Positions 25,877 to 35,815 of a stretch of 37,530 nucleotides of DNA are shown piece by piece. The notes under the pieces were generated by a model. That model worked only from the letters and a program-made list of their open reading frames with translations, did not search any database and had not been told where the DNA came from. The stretch comes from a virus (taxonomy: Duplodnaviria; Caudoviricetes). A program made the position numbers and the translations under genes. The DNA lies in the IMG/VR virus record IMGVR_UViG_3300033562_001394, positions 1-37,530 of that record, one strand, 5' to 3'. Within the stretch, counting starts at the first letter, position 1. The number at the start of each line of letters is the position of its first letter.

Positions 25877-26896
25877 ATGCCTTTACAAGCCACAGATTTA
25901 GTGTTACGTCCTTCAAAATATGTTAGCCAAACCGATGGCGACGGCGGCATGATGGACAGTTCTAAAAGCATTTCAAATAATGTGATTGGAAATCTCATCA
26001 AAAACGTAACAAATGCTCAAAGAACCAATGGTGCTTCATTACATTACAAAGCCTTTATCCACAATATAAGTGCAAGTAGCAACTTGTTTAAAGAAAGTGT
26101 GGCGTATTTAGGAAGACAGGTTGATGGTGTGCCGATTTCTTTGTTGGCGGGAACGCAAACAAATACTTGGGAAACCGCTAAAACAGGTCAAAAATACGGC
26201 GTGGGCAACCTTAAAACCGCCGTCACAGCGGGTTTGACAACCGTTGTGGTAATAACCCAAGGGCGGGCATTTAACCACTTCGTAAATGGCGGTTTAGTGG
26301 TCATTCAAAACCTTGCAAGTCCAACGGATTCAACAGGTCAATACGAAACTGTGCGAGTTTCTAGTGTTTCATGGAGCGGCGACGAAGCAACCTTAACCCT
26401 TGCCACGCCGTTGGAATATGATTATCCCACTAGTCGAACGGTTAATTTTCAAACCGTCAAAACCCGCATATCAAGTGCGATTGAATCTGGAGATGTCAAG
26501 CCCACAGCCACCACCCTCGACAAGGTCAGCGCGGGAACAGTCACCGAAAGCGCGTTAATCCTTAATTTTGCAGGCACAATTGCGCAAACCCTCACCCTTT
26601 CATTCACCAGCGCAAACACCTTTCTTGTGACCAGTTCTTTGGGGATTACATTGCCAGCGGGACAACGAAACGCAACCTACGCCCCACAAAATCCAGATGC
26701 GTTCCAACCCTATATTTCAGTGCCGTCGTCCTTCTGGACGGGAACGTGGGCGGCGGGTGATAGCATCAAAATCACCACCATTCCCGCTGCTATTCCGTTA
26801 TTTGTTTTACTTGAAATCCCCATCGGTTCTCCTTCAGTAGATTTGGGTCTATCGGGGATTTGGTATTTAGGCGATGACGGCGGTGTGGTTGTATGA
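25877..26896 (+). CDS. Tail-associated structural protein
   Basis: DGGMM...NLIKNVTNAQRTNG...KAF motif; Thr-rich. Confidence 0.6.
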   Translation: MPLQATDLVLRPSKYVSQTDGDGGMMDSSKSISNNVIGNLIKNVTNAQRTNGASLHYKAFIHNISASSNLFKESVAYLGRQVDGVPISLLAGTQTNTWETAKTGQKYGVGNLKTAVTAGLTTVVVITQGRAFNHFVNGGLVVIQNLASPTDSTGQYETVRVSSVSWSGDEATLTLATPLEYDYPTSRTVNFQTVKTRISSAIESGDVKPTATTLDKVSAGTVTESALILNFAGTIAQTLTLSFTSANTFLVTSSLGITLPAGQRNATYAPQNPDAFQPYISVPSSFWTGTWAAGDSIKITTIPAAIPLFVLLEIPIGSPSVDLGLSGIWYLGDDGGVVV

Positions 26897-28515
26897 GTGA
26901 GCAAATCACCGCTTCGGTTGGGCTTTCTTTAACGAGAACCGAAATTGAGCAAATCTATTTCACGCCATCGATTGAATTCCCCGTCGATGATCGAAATAGC
27001 CCGCCAATTTATATGCCAGAAGTGGTGGTTGCACAGGATTGCAAACTCCCAAAAGAACTTGAAGACGAAGTGTGGAAACAACACGACAAAGATGACCCTT
27101 TGTCGGGCAATAATGGCGGTGACGATCCGTTGAAATTAGGGGATACCGTTCACGTCAATTCAACCATTCCTATTAAACTCGCTAATGACCAAGGTAAAGC
27201 AACTGAATATAAAACCGATGAAATGAAATTGGTTCGGTTTGGTTCGCAGGTTATGCACGTTTTTGGACCCGCTACGCATTTGGCGTGTGGTGCTTTTCGT
27301 TATGATCCAGAAACCAATATATCTAGTCGTTGGTGTAGCAATATTCCAGTTGAAGAAAAGGTTATTGTTTTCTCAAAATTAAATCAAAGTGAATCGGGTC
27401 AAGATGGTGATTCTAACGCTGAAAATACCGATGCAAGCAGTGATTACAATTCTCGTTTTAATAGATATGAAAATGGTCAATTTAACCAGCAAAACGATAA
27501 AGAAAATATTGCCAACGCTAGTGCTTATTTATTGAAAATGTGGTTTGCAGGACGTTGGTGGAGAAAAACCTTTTTAATTCCTGCAAATAGAAATGGTGCA
27601 AATAAACAAATCAACTTTGTAGGACGTAAGGTTAAATGGATGAAAGAAACCTTGCATTTTAGTGGAAGTCAAGAGCAAGGTATTAAATATTGGTATGATA
27701 ACCCAGAAATAAATGTTGCGTACTCATCAATGTTTATTGATGAAAATGGCAATGAAGTTGCTCTCCCAAAACAAAAAGAACAGGGTAAATTTGTAACGCC
27801 TAAACCCGTGTGGGGTTCTATTTCTGTAGAATACCAAACGTCATACTCTGAGTTCTTATTGCTTTACGATTACCCCAATATGCAACGCTCGTATGAAGTA
27901 TTGCCAGGTGCGATTGAGAAAGTAGGTTATATTACGGTTGATACGAATGATAAACCCATCGCAGAGAAAAGTGGAGAGCCTAAACGTCAAGGATACTCGC
28001 TTCGTGATGGAGGATTTGGTTTCAAGAAGAAAGAGAGTGGTGGTGGGTACATTTTAGAGGATCGGCGAGATCAAGGATTAGCAGATAACTTAGTTGAAGG
28101 TGATCTTAGTTATGATCGAATTGAGTTAGATAAGGATTGGATTCGTCAAAACAAATCCAAATCAGATTATAAGTTATCAAATGCGCCACAAGTTGCTCTC
28201 AAATTATTAAAGAAACTTCGTTTCAAACCTGTTTCTGTGCAACCGATTGACATCTTTTATACGAATGGGAAGCGGTCGGTTTCTGCGAGTTTTTCTGCGC
28301 CCGCACCGATTATCTTAGATATGCCCGAGAAAGAACTCCCCAAAATAGCGATTTTTGAGAAACGTTTGCGGGAGAAAACAGCCGCGGGCGGGTGGAATAT
28401 CAACGTAGTGGAAGTAAGATTTCTGGATATTTTAGGAAATGTCACCCAAGAAAAACTTGAAATGGGTTGGAAAACCGATTGGAAAAACAAACCCAGCAAA
28501 GGAGTCGGTCCCTAA
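26893..28515 (+). CDS. Hypothetical tail-region protein
   Basis: 540-aa coupled ORF in the tail operon. Confidence 0.6.
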   Translation: MSEQITASVGLSLTRTEIEQIYFTPSIEFPVDDRNSPPIYMPEVVVAQDCKLPKELEDEVWKQHDKDDPLSGNNGGDDPLKLGDTVHVNSTIPIKLANDQGKATEYKTDEMKLVRFGSQVMHVFGPATHLACGAFRYDPETNISSRWCSNIPVEEKVIVFSKLNQSESGQDGDSNAENTDASSDYNSRFNRYENGQFNQQNDKENIANASAYLLKMWFAGRWWRKTFLIPANRNGANKQINFVGRKVKWMKETLHFSGSQEQGIKYWYDNPEINVAYSSMFIDENGNEVALPKQKEQGKFVTPKPVWGSISVEYQTSYSEFLLLYDYPNMQRSYEVLPGAIEKVGYITVDTNDKPIAEKSGEPKRQGYSLRDGGFGFKKKESGGGYILEDRRDQGLADNLVEGDLSYDRIELDKDWIRQNKSKSDYKLSNAPQVALKLLKKLRFKPVSVQPIDIFYTNGKRSVSASFSAPAPIILDMPEKELPKIAIFEKRLREKTAAGGWNINVVEVRFLDILGNVTQEKLEMGWKTDWKNKPSKGVGP

Positions 28516-30389
28516 TGGCAACTCTGCTCAACAAATACCAAAAATGGTTTGAAGAATTGCCTTATACAGAACTCTATACCGCAGCAAAAGGGGTAAATTC
28601 AATTGAGTATGAAGAGAGGAAGGAGGGTGGGAATATAGAGATTGTTGCAACCTCAAAACTCCCTGAATTACAAAACAAAAATTATCAAAATGCAAACATC
28701 TTTAATCGCCCAAAGAAAAACGATTTGGAATACCAAACAAATGGCTATTCAAATGACTGGTTTAAATCAACACTAAAGTATCTTTATGAGAAAAAGCAAG
28801 CTACTTTATTAGAAAACTTTATTGGTGCTGCTTTTTCTACATATAGGGTTGGTGAGTTTTATTTGTTATTTTCGAAAGAACAAACTGGTTTTAATTTGCA
28901 TTTAAAAATCAACGATGTTGAATATAAATTGGAAAAAACTACTATTTCTAACGTTAAATCCAGATTGAAGGGCAGTGGTTTTGATGTGTTTGAATTGCCT
29001 AATGGGGCTTTTCCTGATTTAGAAAAAGCACCCACACTTCGGGTTTCAATTCCTAAAGAATCAAATGATATTTTCTTTGATTTAGAAGAGCTAGAATCAA
29101 ATGATATAGAGGTTATTGAAGTGGCTTTTTCAATATCTTTTGATTTTGATTTTGCGGATGAGAAATTTGACCACACACAACCAAATATAGTTGTTGGTGA
29201 TGATACTGGAATTATGAGTATTCACTATATTATTGATAAAGAACAAGGTGAGGAAAACAAATTAAGAATTGGCGTTTTGAAATATTGGATGACAATAGAT
29301 TATTCACAAGACACCACAAAGGATGCTACTAAATTTTTTATGACCTATCGGTTATATTACTTAGATGATATTTTAAAATATAGAGAAAAGCCACGTTCTG
29401 CTTTTAGAAAAAGTAAAGAAGAACTAAGAGGAACAGGGGTTATTTGTGCACCTCCTTTCTTAATTAAATCAGAATCTTGGAAACGAGAAAGACCTTATTA
29501 TAGCGGGGAAGATATGGCTGACTACCTGTTTTATGCGATGGGTGAGTCTGTTCCTATTGGAAATCCTTTGTGGGGTTATGCTTTTAATAGCCAAACCTCT
29601 TATTCAAAAGAAACCCAAACAGCGTCTGTAACTGTTTATCATCAAACAAATCAAGGTAGAACAACTACTGGAAACATTGAAATAAAAAACTTTCATTTTA
29701 ACGCTACAGGCTCAATTCATAATGAGCAACAAAGTTCTGTTTATTGGATTCGACAAATCAGAGGAGGGGATTTCAGTGTTACACCTGATGATACTAAAAA
29801 TAATTATGATAATAGAAATGTTCATAGGTATTTAGATGTTTATTGGCATAATAAATATGAAGAAAAAGAGAAAACAACTTTAAAGGATAGAAGCGGTCAA
29901 AAATTAGCTGAGATCGACTGGTGGATTGGCACGGGAAGGGCAAATGAAAATAATGGGATGTATGTAAGCGATTATATTCATGCCAACTCGCCTTTTTCTG
30001 CTGATAAAATCACTGCAATTATTGATGTTGAGTATCCTAATTCACTTTGTTATGTTGAAGTAAGTAAAGATAGAACGTATTTAGATTTCTTAGAACTAAG
30101 AGAGCAAGAAAGAGAGGATTTAATCGCCTATATAGATAAGCAAACAAACGCAAGAGAACAATTTAAAACGTTAAAAGAAAACATTTTATCGCTTGATAAG
30201 AAGGATGAAAAGTACGATGAGAAGGTAGAATCCTTTATTGATGCTTTTGAGAAGAGTTTCTATAAGATTTTGTATAACAATTTTTGCGGTTGGGATGTCA
30301 TAAAGCAACTGAATGGCGGACAAACCTATTTCATTTTAAAACGGACAGAAGAAGAGGAAGAAGAAGATGGCGAACGTGAAACCAATTAA
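28515..30389 (+). CDS. Hypothetical tail-region protein (AT-rich)
   Basis: About 624-aa ORF with TAATG coupling. Confidence 0.6.
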   Translation: MATLLNKYQKWFEELPYTELYTAAKGVNSIEYEERKEGGNIEIVATSKLPELQNKNYQNANIFNRPKKNDLEYQTNGYSNDWFKSTLKYLYEKKQATLLENFIGAAFSTYRVGEFYLLFSKEQTGFNLHLKINDVEYKLEKTTISNVKSRLKGSGFDVFELPNGAFPDLEKAPTLRVSIPKESNDIFFDLEELESNDIEVIEVAFSISFDFDFADEKFDHTQPNIVVGDDTGIMSIHYIIDKEQGEENKLRIGVLKYWMTIDYSQDTTKDATKFFMTYRLYYLDDILKYREKPRSAFRKSKEELRGTGVICAPPFLIKSESWKRERPYYSGEDMADYLFYAMGESVPIGNPLWGYAFNSQTSYSKETQTASVTVYHQTNQGRTTTGNIEIKNFHFNATGSIHNEQQSSVYWIRQIRGGDFSVTPDDTKNNYDNRNVHRYLDVYWHNKYEEKEKTTLKDRSGQKLAEIDWWIGTGRANENNGMYVSDYIHANSPFSADKITAIIDVEYPNSLCYVEVSKDRTYLDFLELREQEREDLIAYIDKQTNAREQFKTLKENILSLDKKDEKYDEKVESFIDAFEKSFYKILYNNFCGWDVIKQLNGGQTYFILKRTEEEEEEDGERETN

Positions 30390-31194
30390 GGCGCGCAATG
30401 CACGCAAGTATATGCTTGATGGGACGGTTGATTTTGATACCGATACTTTCATGGTGGCGTTGCTCACTAGCGCGTACCAACCCATCAAAAGCCGTGCCAA
30501 TTCAACCAGTTACTTGACTGGGGATTGGTATCGTGACGCATCGGACAATGGGCATTTCTACCGCTGCATGAAAGCGGGTCAAAGCGCGTCCAGTCAACCG
30601 ACCGTCAAAACCGACGGGACGGCTTTTGTTGATGGCACTGCAACCTTTCAAGATATGGGGATATTGTACACGCCCGTGATCCCCGCCCGTGCGAACACCA
30701 CCGCGTACATCGTTGGGCAAGCCTACCAACCCGCTGTTTTTAATGGGCATTGGTACATTTGCACGGTCGCGGGCACGAGCGCGAGTTCTGCGCCCGTCTT
30801 TACCTCGAATGGTACGATTGTTGTCGACGGCACTGCAACCTTTCAAGACATGGGTGTGCGATTCCCAGAAGTGTTTGTGAGTGACTTGACCTATGGCGAC
30901 GTTGCCGCGTATGAAATCACGGGCACGGGTTACACGACAGGCGGTTTAACCCTCGCAAACGTCACGGTTACTCGCAACGGCGATGCCTACATGATCGATG
31001 CCAATGATGCGGTGTGGGCGGGTGCAACTTTCAACGCACGGCACGCGGCACTGTATAAAAACGGCACTGCAAATTCTGTGGAAAATGCGTTGATGGGGAT
31101 TTTTGAACTCGACGAATCCCATGCGGACGTGGGCGCGAGCAGTTCGAGCTTCACCATCCAATGGAACGACAACGGCATTTTCACGCTTGCCTAA
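30367..31194 (+). CDS. Minor tail protein with two internal CBM-like repeats
   Basis: DFDTDTFMVALLTSAY / GTGYTTGG / FTIQWNDNGIF frame with 2 x 65-aa RAN.T.Y..G...NGH.Y.C..AG.S...DGTATFQDMG. Confidence 0.7.
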   Translation: MANVKPIKARNARKYMLDGTVDFDTDTFMVALLTSAYQPIKSRANSTSYLTGDWYRDASDNGHFYRCMKAGQSASSQPTVKTDGTAFVDGTATFQDMGILYTPVIPARANTTAYIVGQAYQPAVFNGHWYICTVAGTSASSAPVFTSNGTIVVDGTATFQDMGVRFPEVFVSDLTYGDVAAYEITGTGYTTGGLTLANVTVTRNGDAYMIDANDAVWAGATFNARHAALYKNGTANSVENALMGIFELDESHADVGASSSSFTIQWNDNGIFTLA

Positions 31195-31203
31195 GGAGTT
31201 GAC

Positions 31204-32169
31204 ATGAAAGCAATCTACCAATACAACGCGGGTGCAACCGCTGCTCATATCCTTAGCGATTTGACGGCGATTTTCACCGGAGAAACCACCGTTGCAAACC
31301 TTTCTGCCAGTTGTAATAAAGCAACCACCACCATTACATCGGTCGTTGCGGCGGGTTGGACGTTGCACGATGGTTCGGCGAGTTCAACCTCAAAAGTCAT
31401 CAAAGCACCCTATGCCGATGACGGCGCAACGTTCAAATACGCAGAGATTTCAATTCCCGATAACAACGGCGTGCGAATGTTTGGGTATGAAACCTTTAAT
31501 GCAACCGCCCACACAGGTACAAATAAAACTGCAAATAATTCAGGATTTTACCAACGTATTGATGTTGCAAATAGCGGTAAATTATACCTTTATTCAAGCG
31601 CCCGTTTTCTAATGGTAGTTGCTGAAACAAATTCTTATTGGGGTGATGTAAATGCTGCTGGTGATAGTTATTCGGGACCGTTTCTAATTGCCGAGCATTC
31701 ACGCATTGCCCCGTGGAATACAGTGGCGAGCGGGTATCCAGCGTTTTGTTTCATTTCAATGTCGTTGGTGAATTATGGGAACTTGAATTCGTATTACGCT
31801 CCTATCTATTCACCGCGTTTCAAAAATAGATACGATGCGGATTTGACGAGTTCAAATGCAATCCTTTGGGGTTCTTCTGTGTGCGGATATAATATGTTTA
31901 ATGACGCGAACAACTTTCCCCAAGGCGTTGATGCGAAGATTAGAGATAGTAGTGGAAGCCTTCAAATTCCGTTTTTACCGTTGTTTTGCAATTCGCCTTC
32001 ATTGACGGTTATTCCAATGGGAGATTTTTCAAGTATTTCAGATGTTTGGCTTGCACCTGCGGGCGTGTTAGCTAACTTTGAAACCATTGCAAAAGATTCA
32101 AATAACTATATTGCAATTCGTTACGGATCACAGTCTTTAAATCATAGAATCCTTGTGAGAAACGAGTAA
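31204..32169 (+). CDS. Putative tail/receptor-binding protein
   Basis: AGGAG RBS; A/S/T/N-rich; tail operon position. Confidence 0.55.
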   Translation: MKAIYQYNAGATAAHILSDLTAIFTGETTVANLSASCNKATTTITSVVAAGWTLHDGSASSTSKVIKAPYADDGATFKYAEISIPDNNGVRMFGYETFNATAHTGTNKTANNSGFYQRIDVANSGKLYLYSSARFLMVVAETNSYWGDVNAAGDSYSGPFLIAEHSRIAPWNTVASGYPAFCFISMSLVNYGNLNSYYAPIYSPRFKNRYDADLTSSNAILWGSSVCGYNMFNDANNFPQGVDAKIRDSSGSLQIPFLPLFCNSPSLTVIPMGDFSSISDVWLAPAGVLANFETIAKDSNNYIAIRYGSQSLNHRILVRNE

Positions 32170-32173
32170 AGAA

Positions 32174-34627
32174 ATGGCATTTCAATTCCCTTCATTTCCA
32201 ATCCAATTTGCACCATATCCGATAGCGAATGGATTTGCGATAAACGTCCCGTTGCAATTTGGAACAACGGAGACGGCGACGGGTTTTGGAATGCTATTTG
32301 TCACGATTGGATTTGCAAATTATCCAATTTATCAAGGGCTTGCAATTAATGTGCCCGTGCACTTTGGGCTTCCTGAAACACGGACGGGTTTTGAGTTCCC
32401 GATAATTTACCCTAAAGGTTTAGGGGGAACTCCGCCGCTTCTTTTAGTTCCGCCGTCGATGGATTTTAGCCTTGATATACCCACGCCGACGGTGGTTATT
32501 CCCCATTTAAGTGCCGTTTTAGAGCCACTTAATTTTGATTTTAGCCCTCAAATCCCTCATGTTTTTGCGAGTTTTCAAACGACTTCGCCGCAGGTTGAAT
32601 TTGATTTAACCATCGAAAACCCTACTGTTCACGCGGGTGCAAACCTGTTTGTTGAGCCGCTGTCGTTTGCGTTGGAAATGCCCGCGCCATCCTTTGCGAG
32701 TGCGCAGATCATTTTCGTGCCAACGACGGAATTTGACCTTACAATTCAAACACCTACCGTTCACGCGGGTGCACATCTTTATCCGCCCGCGCTTGACTTT
32801 GAGTTAAAACTCCAAATACCCAAGTGTTTTTCAAGTTGGCATGGTTTATGTCAAGCTGAAAACTTCTTCTTAACCCTTGAAACGCCTAGTGTTTTCGTAG
32901 CCGCTGTTGTAAATGTGCCCGCGTCCGCGTTTGATTTGGGAATGCCGCCGCCGCGCATTATGCCGTTTGTGCCGTCGCTAGGTTTCGACCTTGAAATCCC
33001 CGTTCCAACGGTAGTCGTCAGTTTCATTTCAACCGCCGACCCTTTTGACCTTTTCTTTGAAATGCCCACACCCAAAATAAGAAAAGTTATTTTGAGTGGC
33101 ACGGATTTACCTATTTCTTATCGGGTATTATCGGGTATTGACCTACCTTTTTATAGGGAATTGCGGATCATGTCGGGCGTGGATTTGCCCTTGAAAGTCG
33201 TTGAAAATGACAAGGTCATGGCGGGCGTTGATCTGCCCTTCAAAGTAAGGTTGTTATCGGGTATTGACCTACCTTTTTATAGGGAATTGCGGCTCATGTC
33301 GGGCGTGGATTTGCCCTTGAAAGTCCTTGAAAACGACAAGGTCATGGCGGGCGTTGATCTACCCTTCAAAGTAAGGTTATTATCGGGTATTGACCTACCT
33401 TTTTATAGGGAATTGCGGATCATGTCGGGCGTGGATTTGCCCTTTATGGATGAAAAAAAGGTGTTATCTGGTATTGATTTACCCTTTAAGATTCAAGATA
33501 AAACCATCATTTTATCAGGGGTTGATCTTCCTTTCACGTCAATTGAAAAGCCCTCGATCTTTGTGGTTAGCGATGAGAATTATGCGATCCATCAAGGGCA
33601 ACGGGTTGATTTGCTTGACTATATGATTTCACAGGATTGGGATACTTACCTGTGGACGGGTCAAATGTCAATAGCGAATCATCAAGATTACGCACGAATG
33701 CGCAAAAACGATGCCATAATTTTGGTTTTACAAGGTGTTGATTATACGTTGGTTATTCAAAACCGTTCGCATTCTGATGATGGGAATAATGGGCAAGCCA
33801 AATTTACCATCGATGTTGCGTCGCCGACCGTTGCGTTAAGCGATAAAAACCTTAAAATATCAAAGGCATGGGGTGCAGTGATGGCAAGCGTCGCCGCGCA
33901 AGCAATCGTTGAACAACCCATTGATTGGCAAATCGTGGATTGGTTATTGCCAGCGGGTCGTTTGAGTTATGAAAACGCCAACCCAATGGAATTATTAAGA
34001 AAATTAGTCGACGCAGCGGGCGGGATCGTGCAAACCACACGGACGGGATCGCTCAAAGTTCAATACAAAACACCCTGTGCAATCAATAAGTTATCTGCGT
34101 CGGCGATTGATTTCACCTTTTCAGACACCGCCCACATTTTCAACTACGATGAACGCACGCCGAGTGGGGATTTTTTCAACGCGGCGATCATCACCGATAC
34201 GGATAACGCGGTCGACCGCCAATGGTCGGGTGAATACATACCGACCGATGATGTGAGCGGCGTGTTAAGGGTGTATGGTCACGCATGGCTTAACCCAGAC
34301 AGCTTTGAAGTGACCACGACGGGAAATCCAAGCATCAAAATCGGGCAAGGCGTGGTAGTATATATAGAAGAAAATCAAACGCTTGAATTTAAAAAAGGTC
34401 AAGCATCGACCAGTTACCCCGTGTTTATTCTCAGAGAATGTGTGTGGAAATATGCAAATTTAGGAGAATTGATGTGGGAATTGGATTCACCTCAACTCAA
34501 AACCGCCGCGCCGTCGTACAGTGTGGCAGAACTAAAATACACTCGCCGTGTGGTAGATTTCCCGATCCGCCATAACGTGCAAGACCTTGAAACCTCTCAA
34601 TTTTTGGTGGCAGAATATGTCGACTAA
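32174..34627 (+). CDS. Large tail protein with repetitive N-terminal half and hub-like C-terminus
   Basis: Pro/Phe repeats, 11 x [SA]G[IVT]DLP, then WQIVDWLLPAG...NPMELLRKLVDAAGG. Confidence 0.7.
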   Translation: MAFQFPSFPIQFAPYPIANGFAINVPLQFGTTETATGFGMLFVTIGFANYPIYQGLAINVPVHFGLPETRTGFEFPIIYPKGLGGTPPLLLVPPSMDFSLDIPTPTVVIPHLSAVLEPLNFDFSPQIPHVFASFQTTSPQVEFDLTIENPTVHAGANLFVEPLSFALEMPAPSFASAQIIFVPTTEFDLTIQTPTVHAGAHLYPPALDFELKLQIPKCFSSWHGLCQAENFFLTLETPSVFVAAVVNVPASAFDLGMPPPRIMPFVPSLGFDLEIPVPTVVVSFISTADPFDLFFEMPTPKIRKVILSGTDLPISYRVLSGIDLPFYRELRIMSGVDLPLKVVENDKVMAGVDLPFKVRLLSGIDLPFYRELRLMSGVDLPLKVLENDKVMAGVDLPFKVRLLSGIDLPFYRELRIMSGVDLPFMDEKKVLSGIDLPFKIQDKTIILSGVDLPFTSIEKPSIFVVSDENYAIHQGQRVDLLDYMISQDWDTYLWTGQMSIANHQDYARMRKNDAIILVLQGVDYTLVIQNRSHSDDGNNGQAKFTIDVASPTVALSDKNLKISKAWGAVMASVAAQAIVEQPIDWQIVDWLLPAGRLSYENANPMELLRKLVDAAGGIVQTTRTGSLKVQYKTPCAINKLSASAIDFTFSDTAHIFNYDERTPSGDFFNAAIITDTDNAVDRQWSGEYIPTDDVSGVLRVYGHAWLNPDSFEVTTTGNPSIKIGQGVVVYIEENQTLEFKKGQASTSYPVFILRECVWKYANLGELMWELDSPQLKTAAPSYSVAELKYTRRVVDFPIRHNVQDLETSQFLVAEYVD
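33128..33444 (+). repeat. About 2.5 x 126-bp in-frame tandem repeat
   Basis: TTATCGGGTATTGACCTACC starts at 33128, 33254 and 33380. Confidence 0.9.
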
Positions 34628-35228
34628 CAAAGAAATCAAAACCAGTTTTACGGTTCAGTTGGGCAAGGAAAAAGACAGCTCACTGAGCGCGGAGATTGAT
34701 ACCCGTGACCTCATGGATGGTGGGGATAATGCGGCTCGACTGGGCAAAACCAGCGGCTTCGAACCAGGGGAAGACGTGGCTTTCCTTGTCTACGCATCCG
34801 ACAGCGTGACCCTTGACGAACTAAGAAATACCATGGAAGATTTAGGGGCAACTATTGTCGGCGGGGCGACCGTGACCATCAAAGTCGAAGAAACCCTTAA
34901 ATTCCCAATGTTAAACGCCTCCGCCACCCTTTCCAAACCGACCACGCAAGAGAATTTTAGCGCGTATTGGATTGGCAACGATTTGGGATATGCGTCAGTG
35001 GCGAGCGATGGAATCACGGTGAAATTAGGCGAGCCGCCCGTCAAAATCCTCCCGTCCGATGATGACGATACCAAGAAAACCAAGCTCAAAACCTTGCATA
35101 AATGTGGGATTTTGAAGTGTGAATACACCACCTCCGCACGGTTATATCACCTTTACACCCCGCACGAAATCCCCAACCGATTACCTCCTTACGATTTGGA
35201 GGTGATTATTTATGGCACTAAAAATTAA
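34617..35228 (+). CDS. Hypothetical tail-region protein
   Basis: Overlapping ORF in the operon. Confidence 0.6.
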   Translation: MSTNKEIKTSFTVQLGKEKDSSLSAEIDTRDLMDGGDNAARLGKTSGFEPGEDVAFLVYASDSVTLDELRNTMEDLGATIVGGATVTIKVEETLKFPMLNASATLSKPTTQENFSAYWIGNDLGYASVASDGITVKLGEPPVKILPSDDDDTKKTKLKTLHKCGILKCEYTTSARLYHLYTPHEIPNRLPPYDLEVIIYGTKN

Positions 35229-35520
35229 GGTGATTCGTGACGCAGGCGACGTGGAAAAGCCAGACCCGATCGTTAATCCGTATTGCACGGACTTGGTCGC
35301 CGCGTTGCAATTGGGGCGCGTGCAGATCGACCTAGGGTCGAACCCGTCGCCCGTCACGCAAAAGGTTGTTTTTACAGGTGAAGCCTCGGTCGGATGGGTT
35401 TGTGAATCCTTTGACCGACTGAATGGCGCTGCATGGCGTGGGGTTGTTACGGGCGTGCAACATGGCATGGATTCTGCGGGTAAATTAATCACTCAAATCA
35501 ATATGTTAAGAGGGGAATAG
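35212..35520 (+). CDS. Hypothetical tail-region protein
   Basis: GGAGG RBS; GD...PDPIVNP...A..LGR motif. Confidence 0.6.
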   Translation: MALKIKVIRDAGDVEKPDPIVNPYCTDLVAALQLGRVQIDLGSNPSPVTQKVVFTGEASVGWVCESFDRLNGAAWRGVVTGVQHGMDSAGKLITQINMLRGE

Positions 35521-35521
35521 C

Positions 35522-35743
35522 ATGAACCCGTTGGTAGATTTTAAAACCCTTCAAACGACCAGTGCGCAAAGTGGCACGATTGTTGACAAAACGGCGAACG
35601 GCGTGACGGTGAAATTAACCACCGGCAGCGTGTTGGCTTTCCCCAACCAACCCAACCTCGAACTCGGCGATGCCGTCGCACTTTCCAACGGTCGCCTCTC
35701 CAAATCCCCTACCCTTAAAACCACCCAAGTCTATGTGGTTTAG
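35522..35743 (+). CDS. Small tail-region protein
   Basis: MNPL...F...GTIV...GD.V pattern; GAGGGG RBS. Confidence 0.6.
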   Translation: MNPLVDFKTLQTTSAQSGTIVDKTANGVTVKLTTGSVLAFPNQPNLELGDAVALSNGRLSKSPTLKTTQVYVV

Positions 35744-35757
35744 ATTGGACTGAATCT

Positions 35758-35766
35758 TGCTATAAT
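35758..35766 (+). promoter_or_regulatory. Extended -10 promoter for the methyltransferase
   Basis: TGCTATAAT about 50 nt upstream of the ATG. Confidence 0.6.
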
Positions 35767-35815
35767 TCTGTGGTTTTGCGCACGGACGCGCTCACATCAT
35801 AAGGATTTGAAAACC

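Noticed and set aside
33128-33444. Possible DGR template/variable repeat pair
   Set aside because: No reverse transcriptase; the copies are tandem and their differences are not adenine-specific
30367-35743. Gin-type invertible tail-fibre segment
   Set aside because: No serine invertase, no oppositely oriented fibre genes and no gix-like repeats were seen
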